Shown here: positions 1-9,679 of the stretch, one piece after another
How the letters are laid out: each line of letters starts with the position of its first letter
Numbering within the stretch: the first letter of the stretch is position 1
Virus record (IMG/VR): IMGVR_UViG_3300036399_001297
Span: 1 to 64,000 of that record
DNA from: a virus
Reading direction: 5' to 3' (one strand)
Length of the DNA: 64,000 nt
The notes under the pieces: generated by a model
Database searches by the model: none
Told to the model about the DNA's origin: nothing
The model's input: the letters and a program-made list of their open reading frames with translations, nothing else
Position numbers and translations under genes: made by a program

Positions 1-231
1 CCGAGACGGTAGGTGTTGGAGTAGGTGTTTCCGAGACGGTAGGTGTTGGAGTAGGTGTTTCCGAGACGGTAGGTGTTGGAGTAGGTGTTTCCGAGACGGT
101 AGGTGTTGGAGTAGGTGTTTCCGAGACGGTAGGTGTTGGAGTAGGTGTTTCCGAGACGGTAGGTGTTGGAGTAGGTGTTTCCGAGACGGTAGGTGTTGGA
201 GTAGGTGTTTCCGAGACAGTAGGTGTTGGAG
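1..231. repeat. 30-bp tandem repeat, about 7.5 near-perfect copies, coding [10 protein letters not shown]
   Basis: ccgagacggtaggtgttggagtaggtgttt repeated head-to-tail with no spacers. Confidence 0.97.
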
Positions 232-430
232 TTGATGTGCTAGTAGGTGTTGGTGTTGATGTGCTAGTAGGTACTGGTGTTGGAGTTACAGGAGAATTTA
301 ATCTATTTTGAATATCTTGGATAGAATCTATTATACCATTCACCTCAGAATACAATTCTTCAAAATTTGAATTTATTTTGCTTCTTATAGAAAGTAAACT
401 TTCTCTGTTATTTAAAATTCTTCTAGCCAT
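1..430 (-). CDS. Pro/Thr-rich (mucin-like) late protein, 3' end runs off the window
   Basis: ATG at 430 ([27 protein letters not shown]...) is open to position 1 and ends in ([10 protein letters not shown])n. TAAGTA late motif at 441-446. Absent from the ORF track because no stop is in the window. Confidence 0.8.
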   Translation of the reverse strand, partial: MARRILNNRESLLSIRSKINSNFEELYSEVNGIIDSIQDIQNRLNSPVTPTPVPTSTSTPTPTSTSTPTPTVSETPTPTPTVSETPTPTPTVSETPTPTPTVSETPTPTPTVSETPTPTPTVSETPTPTPTVSETPTPTPTVS

Positions 431-464
431 ATATATATATTACTTAGTATTTTTAAAACCCATT

Positions 465-944
465 TTAATTTTCATTCCAATCATATTCATCTATCCATAA
501 AAATGAGTCGTTCCATGTATATTCGTAGTATTTTATTTCTATACCACTAATCCAAGGAAATTGGATATTTTCGGATTCGTTAAATGTACTAATATACGGT
601 AACAGAGTGTCGCTGGTTAATTTTCCGTAACCAGCTTCGTTTTCCATTATAACATCCACATATCCTATAGTTTTAGGTTCTTGTGGAAAATTAAATACTA
701 AAAATCTATCATTAATTACATTGAAAGACGGAACTAGTATACCCCTAAAAGGCGGATACGCTTTTTTTTGGGTTGCTGTTCCTGATATAAAAGGATTAAA
801 ACATCTTATATTATCAAACATCATTTCGTTTGATGCGCTTAAATACAATTTTCTTGGGCGTAGAAACGATTTACCCTTAATGAATATATCTACAGTCGAA
901 ACGCTATAGTTTAAATTTAATTTTTGCGGTAAAACTTTTTTCAT
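465..944 (-). CDS. hypothetical virion-associated protein, possible Ig/TIG-like fold
   Basis: 159 aa directly downstream of gp15; VDVIMENEAGYG resembles the end of TIG-like strands. Confidence 0.45.
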   Translation of the reverse strand: MKKVLPQKLNLNYSVSTVDIFIKGKSFLRPRKLYLSASNEMMFDNIRCFNPFISGTATQKKAYPPFRGILVPSFNVINDRFLVFNFPQEPKTIGYVDVIMENEAGYGKLTSDTLLPYISTFNESENIQFPWISGIEIKYYEYTWNDSFLWIDEYDWNEN

Positions 945-946
945 TT

Positions 947-1690
947 TTAAAATTGAGGTCTTGCTGATATACTATAATGTTCGGTTAAAACTTCGTCTAT
1001 ATCTATTAAAATATTATCATCAAATGTTGATGAGTGATAATCAGAATTTATTACATATACTTTATTTATCACCTCGTCTAAACGCTTAAATAACCAACCT
1101 TTAATTGTGAATGACGTATCAGCTGTAATCCTATAAGATTGATTTCCTTGTAAATCGGTAGGATAATTTATTTTTATATTACCATCCCATAATATTTCAG
1201 ATCGTATTTCTGTTGGGTATTTTGGATTTACGGTTGGAACTTTCCATGATATGATAATATATGGATCACAATAAGGGACAAAATTGGATATTATCTGATC
1301 CATGTCATTTTGATACTTTGTTACAATTGTCATAGAAACACCTATATTAATAGGTACTGGTTGTAATATTTTTTTATCGTATGGTAAAGAATCTTCTTCG
1401 TTAGAATAAGGAACCCTAAATCCTTCGTTTTTATTAAAAACTCTTGTATTATCTCTGGCAATTGAATTTATATTTACACCTATAACCGGAACCGTTAATC
1501 CACCGGGTGCGGGATTATTCAGATAATTGAAAACTCTTGTTTTTGGAGCATAAACATATAATACTTTTTTGTCGGATGGGGTTAAAAGTTGTTTATTTTT
1601 ATCATAACGTTTAATTATAACATCATTAAAAGCAGCGACCATCTGCTCAAGGAGTGTTTGTATTTCCCAATTAAACGTATATTTTTTCAT
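947..1690 (-). CDS. 15: tail sheath stabilizer/terminator, T4 gp15-like
   Basis: AFNDVIIKR, YVYAPK and QPVPINIGVSMTIVTKYQNDMDQIISNFVPY match the gp15 pattern; late motif TAAATA at 1700-1705. Confidence 0.8.
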   Translation of the reverse strand: MKKYTFNWEIQTLLEQMVAAFNDVIIKRYDKNKQLLTPSDKKVLYVYAPKTRVFNYLNNPAPGGLTVPVIGVNINSIARDNTRVFNKNEGFRVPYSNEEDSLPYDKKILQPVPINIGVSMTIVTKYQNDMDQIISNFVPYCDPYIIISWKVPTVNPKYPTEIRSEILWDGNIKINYPTDLQGNQSYRITADTSFTIKGWLFKRLDEVINKVYVINSDYHSSTFDDNILIDIDEVLTEHYSISARPQF

Positions 1691-1745
1691 CTATATAAAT
1701 ATTTATTAAAAATAAACGTTTTAAATATTTTTTAAAAAATATAAA

Positions 1746-3398
1746 TTAAAAGAATCGATCTAAAAAGTACTTAGGTAAGGTTTTGCTATATCTTTGAATA
1801 GTATTAACAGCAGTTCCATCCAAAATATATGTGATAGAAAAATCATCCTTTGATCTTGTACACCTCCCACACATTTGAATTATTTTATCTATCATTTTGG
1901 ATGTATAATGTTCAGGATTTTCTTTGAACATTTTTTTAATTCTATTTGAATTTAAAGGTAAATATGGGGCTTTGGTAATAATTTGAAATCTGCCATATTC
2001 ATCATCTAAACTTATACCTGTATCTAATGATGGACTAATTAAAATAGTAGGTTCATTAGATTCAAAATGTTCTTTTATAATATCTTCATTTGTTATACCG
2101 TCTTCTCTAAAAAGAAACCGCCTATCATTTTTTAATTGTTTTTTAAACTCCTCGGTAATTTTATTTGTATGTGTATGTATTAATCCCTTTTCATTAGAAT
2201 GATTTTTACATAGTTCGATAGCATCTTTTACTAAATTCGGTAGCATTTGATCCATTGTTTTATAAGATAAACAATATTTTTTAGAACACATGATAGGTGA
2301 TTTTTTAGGATCAAAACTAGATTTTATTTCAAAATATTCATAATCTTTTTCGTCTATTCCTAGCGTCTTGGCAAATTCTTTATGATTTGATATAGTAGCA
2401 GAAATCATTAATATTTTATCCGCTTTATCAAAAATATTTTTTGATAATGGTTTTATATTATAAGGAGCAAATGTTACTTTATCTGTTGAAAAAGATTCTA
2501 TCAAATATTCACATTCTTTCCAATTAGACAATACCAAATCCATAGTAGATATTAAATTTGTAAGTCTGAATAATTTGCTAGAAATGCTATTATTAATTTT
2601 ATCGAAACCCGATTTTAATGAAACTTTTTGAGCGTTTACAAAACAGTCTTCGTATTCTTTTACAACTTCAATATGTAAATCTTGTAACCATTTTTTAGCT
2701 GAATTTGTATTATCATCTATTATTTTTGTAAATGGTATACCTTCAAATTTTAAATTTTTATAATTTATAGTTAAAGTGTATTTATTTATCAGTTCGTCTT
2801 CCAATTCAGAAGCTTCATCCATAATCAATATTTGTCTTCTTTGTAAGAAATCAGGAAGATTTAAAAATACACTATAATTTAATACAGGAGATTTTGATAT
2901 CAAACCGTTATTTCTATTTCTATAATAAGGGCATCTGTTTTCTTGGAAGCATTCTAATTTTTGAGACGGTAGTAATGTACAAGGCGCAAAATCGGTAGAA
3001 AAACTATTATCTATGTCGCATCTGTAATTTCCCTTTCCTTTGATAATATTTCCATCTATGAACAAATTGGAATATTGATCTTGTAAAGATTTACTAATAG
3101 TAAGAATAAAAGCACCGAAAAAATCAACATCTAAAAATTCTTGAGATACGCTAAATTCGTTATCTTTATTTTTTTTGTATATCGAATAATTTTCGATGTA
3201 TTCTTTTAGATGATCGTCTATTGTGCGGGTACTTTCGGCTATTGTTTTTGCTATATGAGACTTTCCCGAACCTGTGGGCAAACATCCTATGGCAATTTTT
3301 TTACCAGAATCCCATATTTTCTGTATCCTTTGAAACGCTTCAATTTGTTGTGCTCTAGGGGATGACCCAACCGGAAAAAAATCTAAAAATCTGGACAT
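1746..3398 (-). CDS. DinG/XPD(Rad3)-family SF2 helicase
   Basis: Q motif (PRAQQ), Walker A PTGSGKS, IMDEASELE, MISATI, QMCGRCTRSKDD, and a Cys cluster (YRC..APC..LEC..RCPY) at the Fe-S position. Confidence 0.88.
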   Translation of the reverse strand: MSRFLDFFPVGSSPRAQQIEAFQRIQKIWDSGKKIAIGCLPTGSGKSHIAKTIAESTRTIDDHLKEYIENYSIYKKNKDNEFSVSQEFLDVDFFGAFILTISKSLQDQYSNLFIDGNIIKGKGNYRCDIDNSFSTDFAPCTLLPSQKLECFQENRCPYYRNRNNGLISKSPVLNYSVFLNLPDFLQRRQILIMDEASELEDELINKYTLTINYKNLKFEGIPFTKIIDDNTNSAKKWLQDLHIEVVKEYEDCFVNAQKVSLKSGFDKINNSISSKLFRLTNLISTMDLVLSNWKECEYLIESFSTDKVTFAPYNIKPLSKNIFDKADKILMISATISNHKEFAKTLGIDEKDYEYFEIKSSFDPKKSPIMCSKKYCLSYKTMDQMLPNLVKDAIELCKNHSNEKGLIHTHTNKITEEFKKQLKNDRRFLFREDGITNEDIIKEHFESNEPTILISPSLDTGISLDDEYGRFQIITKAPYLPLNSNRIKKMFKENPEHYTSKMIDKIIQMCGRCTRSKDDFSITYILDGTAVNTIQRYSKTLPKYFLDRFF

Positions 3399-3404
3399 CT
3401 CTAA

Positions 3405-3433
3405 AATATAGAGTATTTTTTTAAAGGTGTCAA
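3405..3433 (-). promoter_or_regulatory. sigma70-type promoter of the DinG gene
   Basis: TTGACA-17 nt-TATATT-6 nt-ATG on the minus strand. Confidence 0.75.
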
Positions 3434-3687
3434 TTCATTTCCAAATTTTTATTCAAAGATTTGGATAGTTCATGATCTACTACTTTTAATACACAAGGAG
3501 CAGCATAATAAACAAAATTTTCTTTATCTCTTCCTGTATACAAACGACCAAAATTTTGCTTATTATTAATTTTTGGATAAGATTTCAAAGGTATTTGACT
3601 TATATCTAAAATGTTTAAATCTTTTTCTGGTATTTTTATAATAGTACCAGAAAAAACATTGAATATATGTATTAATTTATTTTCCAT
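3430..3687 (-). CDS. hypothetical protein
   Basis: 85-aa ORF tightly packed in a minus-strand operon. Confidence 0.6.
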   Translation of the reverse strand: MENKLIHIFNVFSGTIIKIPEKDLNILDISQIPLKSYPKINNKQNFGRLYTGRDKENFVYYAAPCVLKVVDHELSKSLNKNLEMN

Positions 3688-4030
3688 TTATAGTTAATAT
3701 TATATTAAAATATTTTGATTTTGCAACCTTTGGATTGAATAATGTAAAATATGGTTCAACGTCAAATAAATGTTTTTTTAGTGTAGATATTCTATAATCA
3801 AAATACATCAAATCGTCTTCATCGTGAGATTCTATACCAAATGGTATAGGTATCTCTATTTTATCCTTTGTTTTCTTTTCATTTTCTAGAATAAAAACTA
3901 AATAAAAATTTCTTTGGTAGAATAATACCAATTTACCTTTTTTTAAAATTTTATTTTTTAATTCGAACGATATATTTTTTTGCAATAATTTTTTGCAATT
4001 ATGTTCTATATATGTTCCGTTGATAAGCAT
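3677..4030 (-). CDS. hypothetical protein
   Basis: 117-aa ORF overlapping its neighbour in the operon. Confidence 0.6.
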   Translation of the reverse strand: MLINGTYIEHNCKKLLQKNISFELKNKILKKGKLVLFYQRNFYLVFILENEKKTKDKIEIPIPFGIESHDEDDLMYFDYRISTLKKHLFDVEPYFTLFNPKVAKSKYFNIILTINGK

Positions 4031-4034
4031 ATTT

Positions 4035-4433
4035 TTAACGATCCATGAATGATGCTTTTTCAGCGGGAGTCATTTTTGACAATACTAAGTTATAATACTG
4101 CCAAAATTTAGTACTATCTGGATAGGTTTTCAATGGAAGCATTGGCGTTCTTACTATATTTACGCTTTCACCGGGTACGGCTCTCCAGTCTTGCATTATT
4201 ATATCCCAAAAAAATTCCAAATTTTTAGGTCTTGGTTCGTATGCTCGCGGCAATGATGGTTTCTTGAAATGTAAAAGTTTAAGTCCTTCAGATGAATTCA
4301 ATAATTTACGATCTAAAGTCAACAACATTCTACGAGTTCTTGGTAATCTGTTTTTATCTCTACGTGTAAAAACAACCTCAACCACATGAGTTTGTGCTAT
4401 TTGATATAAACCTGATAATCCAATATTACCCAT
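4035..4433 (-). CDS. WYL_2/DUF2693-like SH3-fold phage protein
   Basis: VEVVFTRRD..RRMLLTL...FWDIIMQDWRAV resembles the V.FTK.DG..R.M..TL...WD....WRSF family pattern. Confidence 0.55.
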   Translation of the reverse strand: MGNIGLSGLYQIAQTHVVEVVFTRRDKNRLPRTRRMLLTLDRKLLNSSEGLKLLHFKKPSLPRAYEPRPKNLEFFWDIIMQDWRAVPGESVNIVRTPMLPLKTYPDSTKFWQYYNLVLSKMTPAEKASFMDR

Positions 4434-4815
4434 TTTTTGGTTTAGCTACTCCAAATATTCTAGCTTCATTCAAAAATACTAAATTTGAAATGTTATTTAA
4501 ACTAGCAACTTTAATACCTTTATCATTAGGAAAAATTACACAATCACCCTTTTTAACGGTTTGGCAATTCGGACCAGCTAGATGAACTTTTCCTACTCTC
4601 CAAGCAAAATTAACAACATCAACAGGAACCCAAATATTTCCACGTTTAATTTGTGTCCCGTCTGATGAAATATCTATATACTCTACCATTAGAATATCGT
4701 CTAATACATCTGTTAATTCCCATCCTTCCAGATTCAAATCAGAATTTTTATAACTTTCTAGTTCAACAAGCCCTTTATTTAAATTTTCTACGTTTTTTGG
4801 TATTAGATCAATCAT
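4426..4815 (-). CDS. groES: GroES-like co-chaperonin
   Basis: DDILMVE, GKVHLAGPNCQTVKKGDCVIF, FLNEARIFGV. Confidence 0.8.
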   Translation of the reverse strand: MIDLIPKNVENLNKGLVELESYKNSDLNLEGWELTDVLDDILMVEYIDISSDGTQIKRGNIWVPVDVVNFAWRVGKVHLAGPNCQTVKKGDCVIFPNDKGIKVASLNNISNLVFLNEARIFGVAKPKNG

Positions 4816-4821
4816 ATGTTT

Positions 4822-5205
4822 TTATTTATCTTCGGTTTTTATATTTTCAAGTAATTTATCGTAAATGTCTATTTCTCTTTTAGAAATTTCATATTCTTTC
4901 GCTAAAACATCTTCATTCGACTCTTCTTCATTTTTAAAACCTTTTTTCTTTATATATTCTATTTTTTTATGTATTTTAGGTAAAAGTGTTTTATAGAATT
5001 TACAATTATCTAAAAAATTTTCAGAATTGTCTATGCATTTGTCCCATCTATTAGTAGATACATTTATAATTTTACACACATCTAAATCGGACATAGACAA
5101 CCATCTATTTATAATATAATTAGATATATTATTTTCGTAAATAGGTTCTTTTTCTTTTTTCTTTAAAACCCAATCTAAAAATTCAAAAATATTACTAGTT
5201 TGCAT
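4822..5205 (-). CDS. 62: clamp loader small subunit, gp62-like
   Basis: IFEFLDWVLKKKE..YIINRWLSM..FYKTLLPK..LAKEYEISKRE follows the gp62 pattern of T4-like phages. Confidence 0.6.
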   Translation of the reverse strand: MQTSNIFEFLDWVLKKKEKEPIYENNISNYIINRWLSMSDLDVCKIINVSTNRWDKCIDNSENFLDNCKFYKTLLPKIHKKIEYIKKKGFKNEEESNEDVLAKEYEISKREIDIYDKLLENIKTEDK

Positions 5206-5863
5206 ACAATTTTTTAAAAAGTTTATTTGATACTTCCCAGTCAGTGCTTAACATCGAATCACCCAATCCATAGTGTACAACTCGTAATGGAAAAACACCA
5301 GCTTTAATTTTTAAATTATTTGCTCTTAAACAAAATGAAATGTCATAATGATGAAATTTAAAATTTTCATCCCATTGTAATTGTTTCTCAAGTGCCTTTT
5401 CGACATTTACTCCTATAAATAAACCGTCGAGTAATAATGCTCTGCTATCAGTAGGGCCAAAAACAGTTGTCCAAATTTTTTTATCTTTTGAATAATGTGC
5501 AACTTCTCCGACATAAGAATCTTGTTTACTCATTAAATGCCATGCACACATATTAGAATTTAGATCACATGCTTTAGTACCAGCTAAACCTATAATATCG
5601 TATTTTTCAAATGCCATTTGAATTTTTTCTATCGAAAAAAGATCGTCTATAAGTACATCATCGTGTATAAAAATTACATAATCGTTTTTATATTCTTCGG
5701 TTAAGAATCTATTATAAAGTTTAGGCAATCCTTCGGTATTATTTTCTATGATATTAACCTGATGCAACAATGAAGTTTTTTCTATAAAAAGTCCTAATGG
5801 TTTTGTTTTTAAGAAATTTTGTTTATTTTCTTGGGTGGCTACTACGAATTTAATGTTTTTCAT
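5195..5863 (-). CDS. GT-A fold glycosyltransferase (GT2-like)
   Basis: IFIHDDV (DxD-like), IIGLAG, LLDGLFI, WDENFKFHHYDISFC. Confidence 0.8.
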   Translation of the reverse strand: MKNIKFVVATQENKQNFLKTKPLGLFIEKTSLLHQVNIIENNTEGLPKLYNRFLTEEYKNDYVIFIHDDVLIDDLFSIEKIQMAFEKYDIIGLAGTKACDLNSNMCAWHLMSKQDSYVGEVAHYSKDKKIWTTVFGPTDSRALLLDGLFIGVNVEKALEKQLQWDENFKFHHYDISFCLRANNLKIKAGVFPLRVVHYGLGDSMLSTDWEVSNKLFKKLYAN

Positions 5864-5911
5864 GTTTTAAATATATATTTGTGCTGTTAAATGATAAGTA
5901 ATTTTATCATA

Positions 5912-6532
5912 ATGTCTAAAAAAGTCAAAAATAATAAAAGAAATATGAAAACATTAGTTCCACAAACATCTTTAAATGTAAAAAAACAAATAAAAAACGT
6001 ACTTGATGCGAATAGACGCAAAATGGATTTGAATGAATCTGATATTCCTTTTATTTCTAGTTTTGTTAAAGCTTTATTACAAGAACAGGGAGAGGATAAG
6101 GGTGAACCTATACCATCTACAAATGCTCCTGTTACTGAGCCATCAGAAACATCAGATGTTTTTTCGCCAGAAAAAAATAAAGAAGATTTCGAAAAATCTT
6201 TATCACAAGAAACCGATCCATCTAACTTTGAAACCGAAGGATTATCTCCTGAAATAACTCAACAAAACATAACCCAAATCAAAACATGGGCTGATAAATT
6301 AGATGAATTTGCAAACTTTTTAAATGATCCTGACAAGGGAACATCACTTCATAGAATATTGGCTGATTCCGACAGACCGGGTAGTTTGTTGAGGGGTGTG
6401 ACTCGTAAGGCTTCCGATTCTATTACTCGTATTGCTGGTGAAGTGGAAAAATTAAAGGAAGTTCTCAATACCTTTATCATAACCGCACCTAAGAAAATGC
6501 GTGACAATGAACAATCGGGTAGACCTTCCTAA
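5912..6532 (+). CDS. hypothetical late protein, possible head-internal/core protein
   Basis: TAAGTA at 5895-5900 favours the ATG at 5912 over 5891; acidic middle and coiled-coil C-terminus. Confidence 0.6.
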   Translation: MSKKVKNNKRNMKTLVPQTSLNVKKQIKNVLDANRRKMDLNESDIPFISSFVKALLQEQGEDKGEPIPSTNAPVTEPSETSDVFSPEKNKEDFEKSLSQETDPSNFETEGLSPEITQQNITQIKTWADKLDEFANFLNDPDKGTSLHRILADSDRPGSLLRGVTRKASDSITRIAGEVEKLKEVLNTFIITAPKKMRDNEQSGRPS

Positions 6533-6535
6533 TAT

Positions 6536-6895
6536 ATGAAATACGATCAACACTTATTAGAAAGTGCTTATAAAAAAATTTATTTAAAAGAAGAAATTTC
6601 TTCATTTGGAGACGGAGAATATGATCCTTTGCCGAATCCCCCGCAAAAATCCGAAGCCGAAATCGACCGTGAAATTGATGAAGAAGATGACCGTGCCGAA
6701 GTAACTGATTCTGTACAAGAAATAATAAGTAAATTGGGTGATCGGGTAAATACAGAACCTTTGTTAAAAAAACTTAATGATTTAAGTTCGGATAATATAG
6801 AAACTTTAATCAAAACTCTTAATGAAGAAGAACAGTGGACGTTAAAGGATAATCTTATTAGATTTTTATTTATGTTAAGAGGTTATCAATTTTAA
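6536..6895 (+). CDS. hypothetical acidic late protein
   Basis: 119 aa; N-terminus MKYDQHLLESAYKKIYLKEE. Confidence 0.6.
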   Translation: MKYDQHLLESAYKKIYLKEEISSFGDGEYDPLPNPPQKSEAEIDREIDEEDDRAEVTDSVQEIISKLGDRVNTEPLLKKLNDLSSDNIETLIKTLNEEEQWTLKDNLIRFLFMLRGYQF

Positions 6896-7842
6896 AACAA
6901 ATTTTTTAAAATAAAATCATAATCTATTTCATTTAAATCTTTATCCATAGCCATTTCATTAAAATCTTTATACTTTAAAGTTGGCCATTTAAATAATTTT
7001 TCAGAATCATTTAATAGTTTTAATACTTTCTGTTTGGTTTCGTCATCTTTGGTTACTGATATATTATCCAATACCCATATTTTTCTATGAAAAGGAAAAG
7101 TATTAAGTTGTTCTTTTTGGGTTTTTGTTAATGTTAATCCGCAAACAGCAACACCGTTTCTAACAAACATAGAATCTATCGGACCTTCAAATAAAAATAT
7201 ATAATCTATATCAGTATCTATGTTTTCTATTCCAAATATAGTCTTGTCATGACCCATTTTTCCCAAATATCTAGGTTCTGATCCATCTAATGCTCTAGTT
7301 TGATAAAAGACTATTTTATTAGACATGTCATAAAATGGTATAATCAATCTATTTTTATGAACCTTATCGGTAAAACTTATATAATAACTTTTTGATCTAT
7401 TTATGGCGGTATCAAGTTTTCTTTCCTTTATATAATCCAATGCTTTATTAAAAAATTTATTATTTTTATAATATTTTTGTTGTATAGGATCTAATATATT
7501 GATCGAATCGTAAGGTAAAGAAGGAATAATCAATTCCTTTTTAATTTCTACGTTTTTAATTTCAGATGAAAAATCATCATTCTTATTTTCTAATAATATT
7601 TCATCATAAGATTGTCCGGTAATATTAGAAAGCCAATTTATAGCAGACCATGATTTTTGACAATTGAAACAGTATAATGATTGAGTTTTCGGATAATAAA
7701 AAAGTCTTTTCTTTTTACCCCAAGAATTACCTTCTCTACATATCGGACAAGATGCATTATAATTCCCATCATATTTATTAAATGATGGATAGCCCGAATA
7801 GGTATAAAAAGCATTCAGTATATAATTTTCACTTAATGTCAT
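6892..7842 (-). CDS. 61: DNA primase, gp61-like
   Basis: Zn ribbon CPICREG...CFNC, RLIIPFYD, YQTRAL, TOPRIM FEGPIDSMF, KDFNEM. Confidence 0.92.
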   Translation of the reverse strand: MTLSENYILNAFYTYSGYPSFNKYDGNYNASCPICREGNSWGKKKRLFYYPKTQSLYCFNCQKSWSAINWLSNITGQSYDEILLENKNDDFSSEIKNVEIKKELIIPSLPYDSINILDPIQQKYYKNNKFFNKALDYIKERKLDTAINRSKSYYISFTDKVHKNRLIIPFYDMSNKIVFYQTRALDGSEPRYLGKMGHDKTIFGIENIDTDIDYIFLFEGPIDSMFVRNGVAVCGLTLTKTQKEQLNTFPFHRKIWVLDNISVTKDDETKQKVLKLLNDSEKLFKWPTLKYKDFNEMAMDKDLNEIDYDFILKNLF

Positions 7843-7871
7843 TGAGTTGGTATTATGACATTAAGTGAAAA
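7826..7871. repeat. 17-bp perfect inverted repeat covering the primase start codon and promoter spacer
   Basis: ttttcacttaatgtcat (7826-7842) / atgacattaagtgaaaa (7855-7871), 12-nt loop. Confidence 0.9.
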
Positions 7872-7879
7872 AATGTCAA
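7852..7879 (-). promoter_or_regulatory. sigma70-type promoter of the primase gene
   Basis: TTGACA-16 nt-CATAAT-9 nt-ATG. Confidence 0.65.
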
Positions 7880-7882
7880 CTT

Positions 7883-8671
7883 TTATTTATCGAAGTCGTT
7901 ATAATTATCGTCTAACATTCCTTTTTCGCCCCAAGGATCATCCATATCTATACCCAAATCCTTAGCGGTTTCCGGATCAATATCATGAGAAATTGAACTA
8001 TCCGTATTCATAGGATCAATATCTCCTTCTTCGGTATCGGTTCTAAATGCTTCCATCCCATCGTCTTTACTGTCAAATGATTCCGGTGCTTCTAATTCAT
8101 CTAATGACGGGTCTTTAACAGCAATTAATTTACCATTTTCTTCGCCCAATTGACCATCTGAAATCATTTTATTTATGATCTTGTCAACTTCTTCTTCTTC
8201 ATGACCGTATTTAGAAATGTATGCTTTAACTTCTTCTTTTGTAGCAGCTTCATCATCAGATTCGATGATATAATTATAAATATGTTCTTCTACGCTTGAG
8301 ATCGATTTTGTTTGTTCTTCTTGATTGGCTGCATTTTCATCAAATTCTACAAAATATGAATGATCCGGTGTATTTAAAACGTGCCAGAATCTTTTGAATA
8401 ACAATTTTCTTTCGTCTGGTCCTAAGCCTTGATTCAAGAAACCATGATTTATGGTGCTTTCCCATTCAGGTTTGGTTTCTGGTAAATTTCCGGTGGATTG
8501 TACGTGTTGTAATGCTTGTAGATAGAAATTTTTAAAAGGGCTTTTTAGATTTTTTAAATCTTCGGTCAATTTATCTAAGTTTAAAGTAAATTTAGGGTAT
8601 ACTTTTTTCTTTCTTCCTTCGTTGACTGTTACGACTTTTTCAAAAAGAATGTCAAAATTTGTTTTTTTCAT
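7883..8671 (-). CDS. hypothetical late protein with acidic tail
   Basis: 262 aa; TATAAATA just upstream; N-terminus MKKTNFDILFEKVVTVNE. Confidence 0.65.
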   Translation of the reverse strand: MKKTNFDILFEKVVTVNEGRKKKVYPKFTLNLDKLTEDLKNLKSPFKNFYLQALQHVQSTGNLPETKPEWESTINHGFLNQGLGPDERKLLFKRFWHVLNTPDHSYFVEFDENAANQEEQTKSISSVEEHIYNYIIESDDEAATKEEVKAYISKYGHEEEEVDKIINKMISDGQLGEENGKLIAVKDPSLDELEAPESFDSKDDGMEAFRTDTEEGDIDPMNTDSSISHDIDPETAKDLGIDMDDPWGEKGMLDDNYNDFDK

Positions 8672-8695
8672 GGTATTTATAAACTATTTATCTTT

Positions 8696-9358
8696 TTAGG
8701 GTACAATTATTTCTTTTTCTGGCGGCATATATATATCTGACATCAAAGAATCTTCATCTCCATAAGCTTTTCCTTCTTTGGTTATGTATAATTCGGTTAA
8801 TTTTATTCTTTGTTCTGGTGTTCCGTATATCTCAATAAAAGCTGGGCAATCATCTTTTGGAAAAATTTTGCCATCCGACTTTATATATGTCTGTTGAAAA
8901 ATTTTAAAAATTGAATCGATTTCTTCTCTATATTGAGCATTCGTACTTCTCAAACCGTCATTAACAATATCTATAGGATTTTGTTTTGTCAACGGAAAAA
9001 AGAAAATTATATCATACATTCTTAATGTTTCATGTACTATGGTTCTAGTCTTGTCAACAAATTCATCACTTGCTTTTCCGTTTAGATTCAACCAAACAGT
9101 ATATGCTAGATTATCCAAAACGCATCTGTCATAGATTACATTATCATCTTTTGAAAATTCTATAGCTTGATCTACCAAAACGTCAAGAATAATTTTTTGA
9201 GATTCTTCATCGCCTTCTTCATTTATCGTAAGATTTTTTTCTTTGATAATATCCCTGTAGGTCTTTTCGGTGGTTTTATACATCGGCCAATTTTTTAAAA
9301 AATCAGAAATGTAAGTTGTTTTTCCTTGGCAAGCTGTTCCGGTTACGCAGATTTTCAT
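8696..9358 (-). CDS. P-loop nucleotide kinase (AAA_28/NadR-type, thymidylate kinase-like)
   Basis: MKICVTGTACQGKTT, YDRCVLDNLAY, YDIIFF, DGLRS. Confidence 0.8.
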   Translation of the reverse strand: MKICVTGTACQGKTTYISDFLKNWPMYKTTEKTYRDIIKEKNLTINEEGDEESQKIILDVLVDQAIEFSKDDNVIYDRCVLDNLAYTVWLNLNGKASDEFVDKTRTIVHETLRMYDIIFFFPLTKQNPIDIVNDGLRSTNAQYREEIDSIFKIFQQTYIKSDGKIFPKDDCPAFIEIYGTPEQRIKLTELYITKEGKAYGDEDSLMSDIYMPPEKEIIVP

Positions 9359-9639
9359 ATAAAATTTTCCTCCAACACAATTTCAGGAAAATATTTAATC
9401 AATACTTCCGTGTGTAAATCGTTATATTCTGTTTTTTCATTCAATTGTTTCAAAACACTTATTCTGTTTACAGGTATAGATGGATTTTCTACTCTAAACT
9501 TTAAGGCTAAATCTTTTAAATTCATAGTATCATCATAATCCCAGTCAGCGTTTGCATCAACTGAACATGCGAATAATAGCGATTCAACTATAAGAGAAAA
9601 TTCTTTTTCTGTCAATGATAAATTAATTTTTTGATCCAT
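9355..9639 (-). CDS. hypothetical protein
   Basis: 94 aa; 4-nt overlap with the kinase start; TTGACA upstream. Confidence 0.6.
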   Translation of the reverse strand: MDQKINLSLTEKEFSLIVESLLFACSVDANADWDYDDTMNLKDLALKFRVENPSIPVNRISVLKQLNEKTEYNDLHTEVLIKYFPEIVLEENFI

Positions 9640-9679
9640 AATACATACCTATATATTATTAATCAAAATTATTATAATG

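Noticed and set aside
1-231. 30-bp repeats as a CRISPR array
   Set aside because: The copies are contiguous with no spacers and translate in frame as a Pro/Thr repeat; no cas genes are present.
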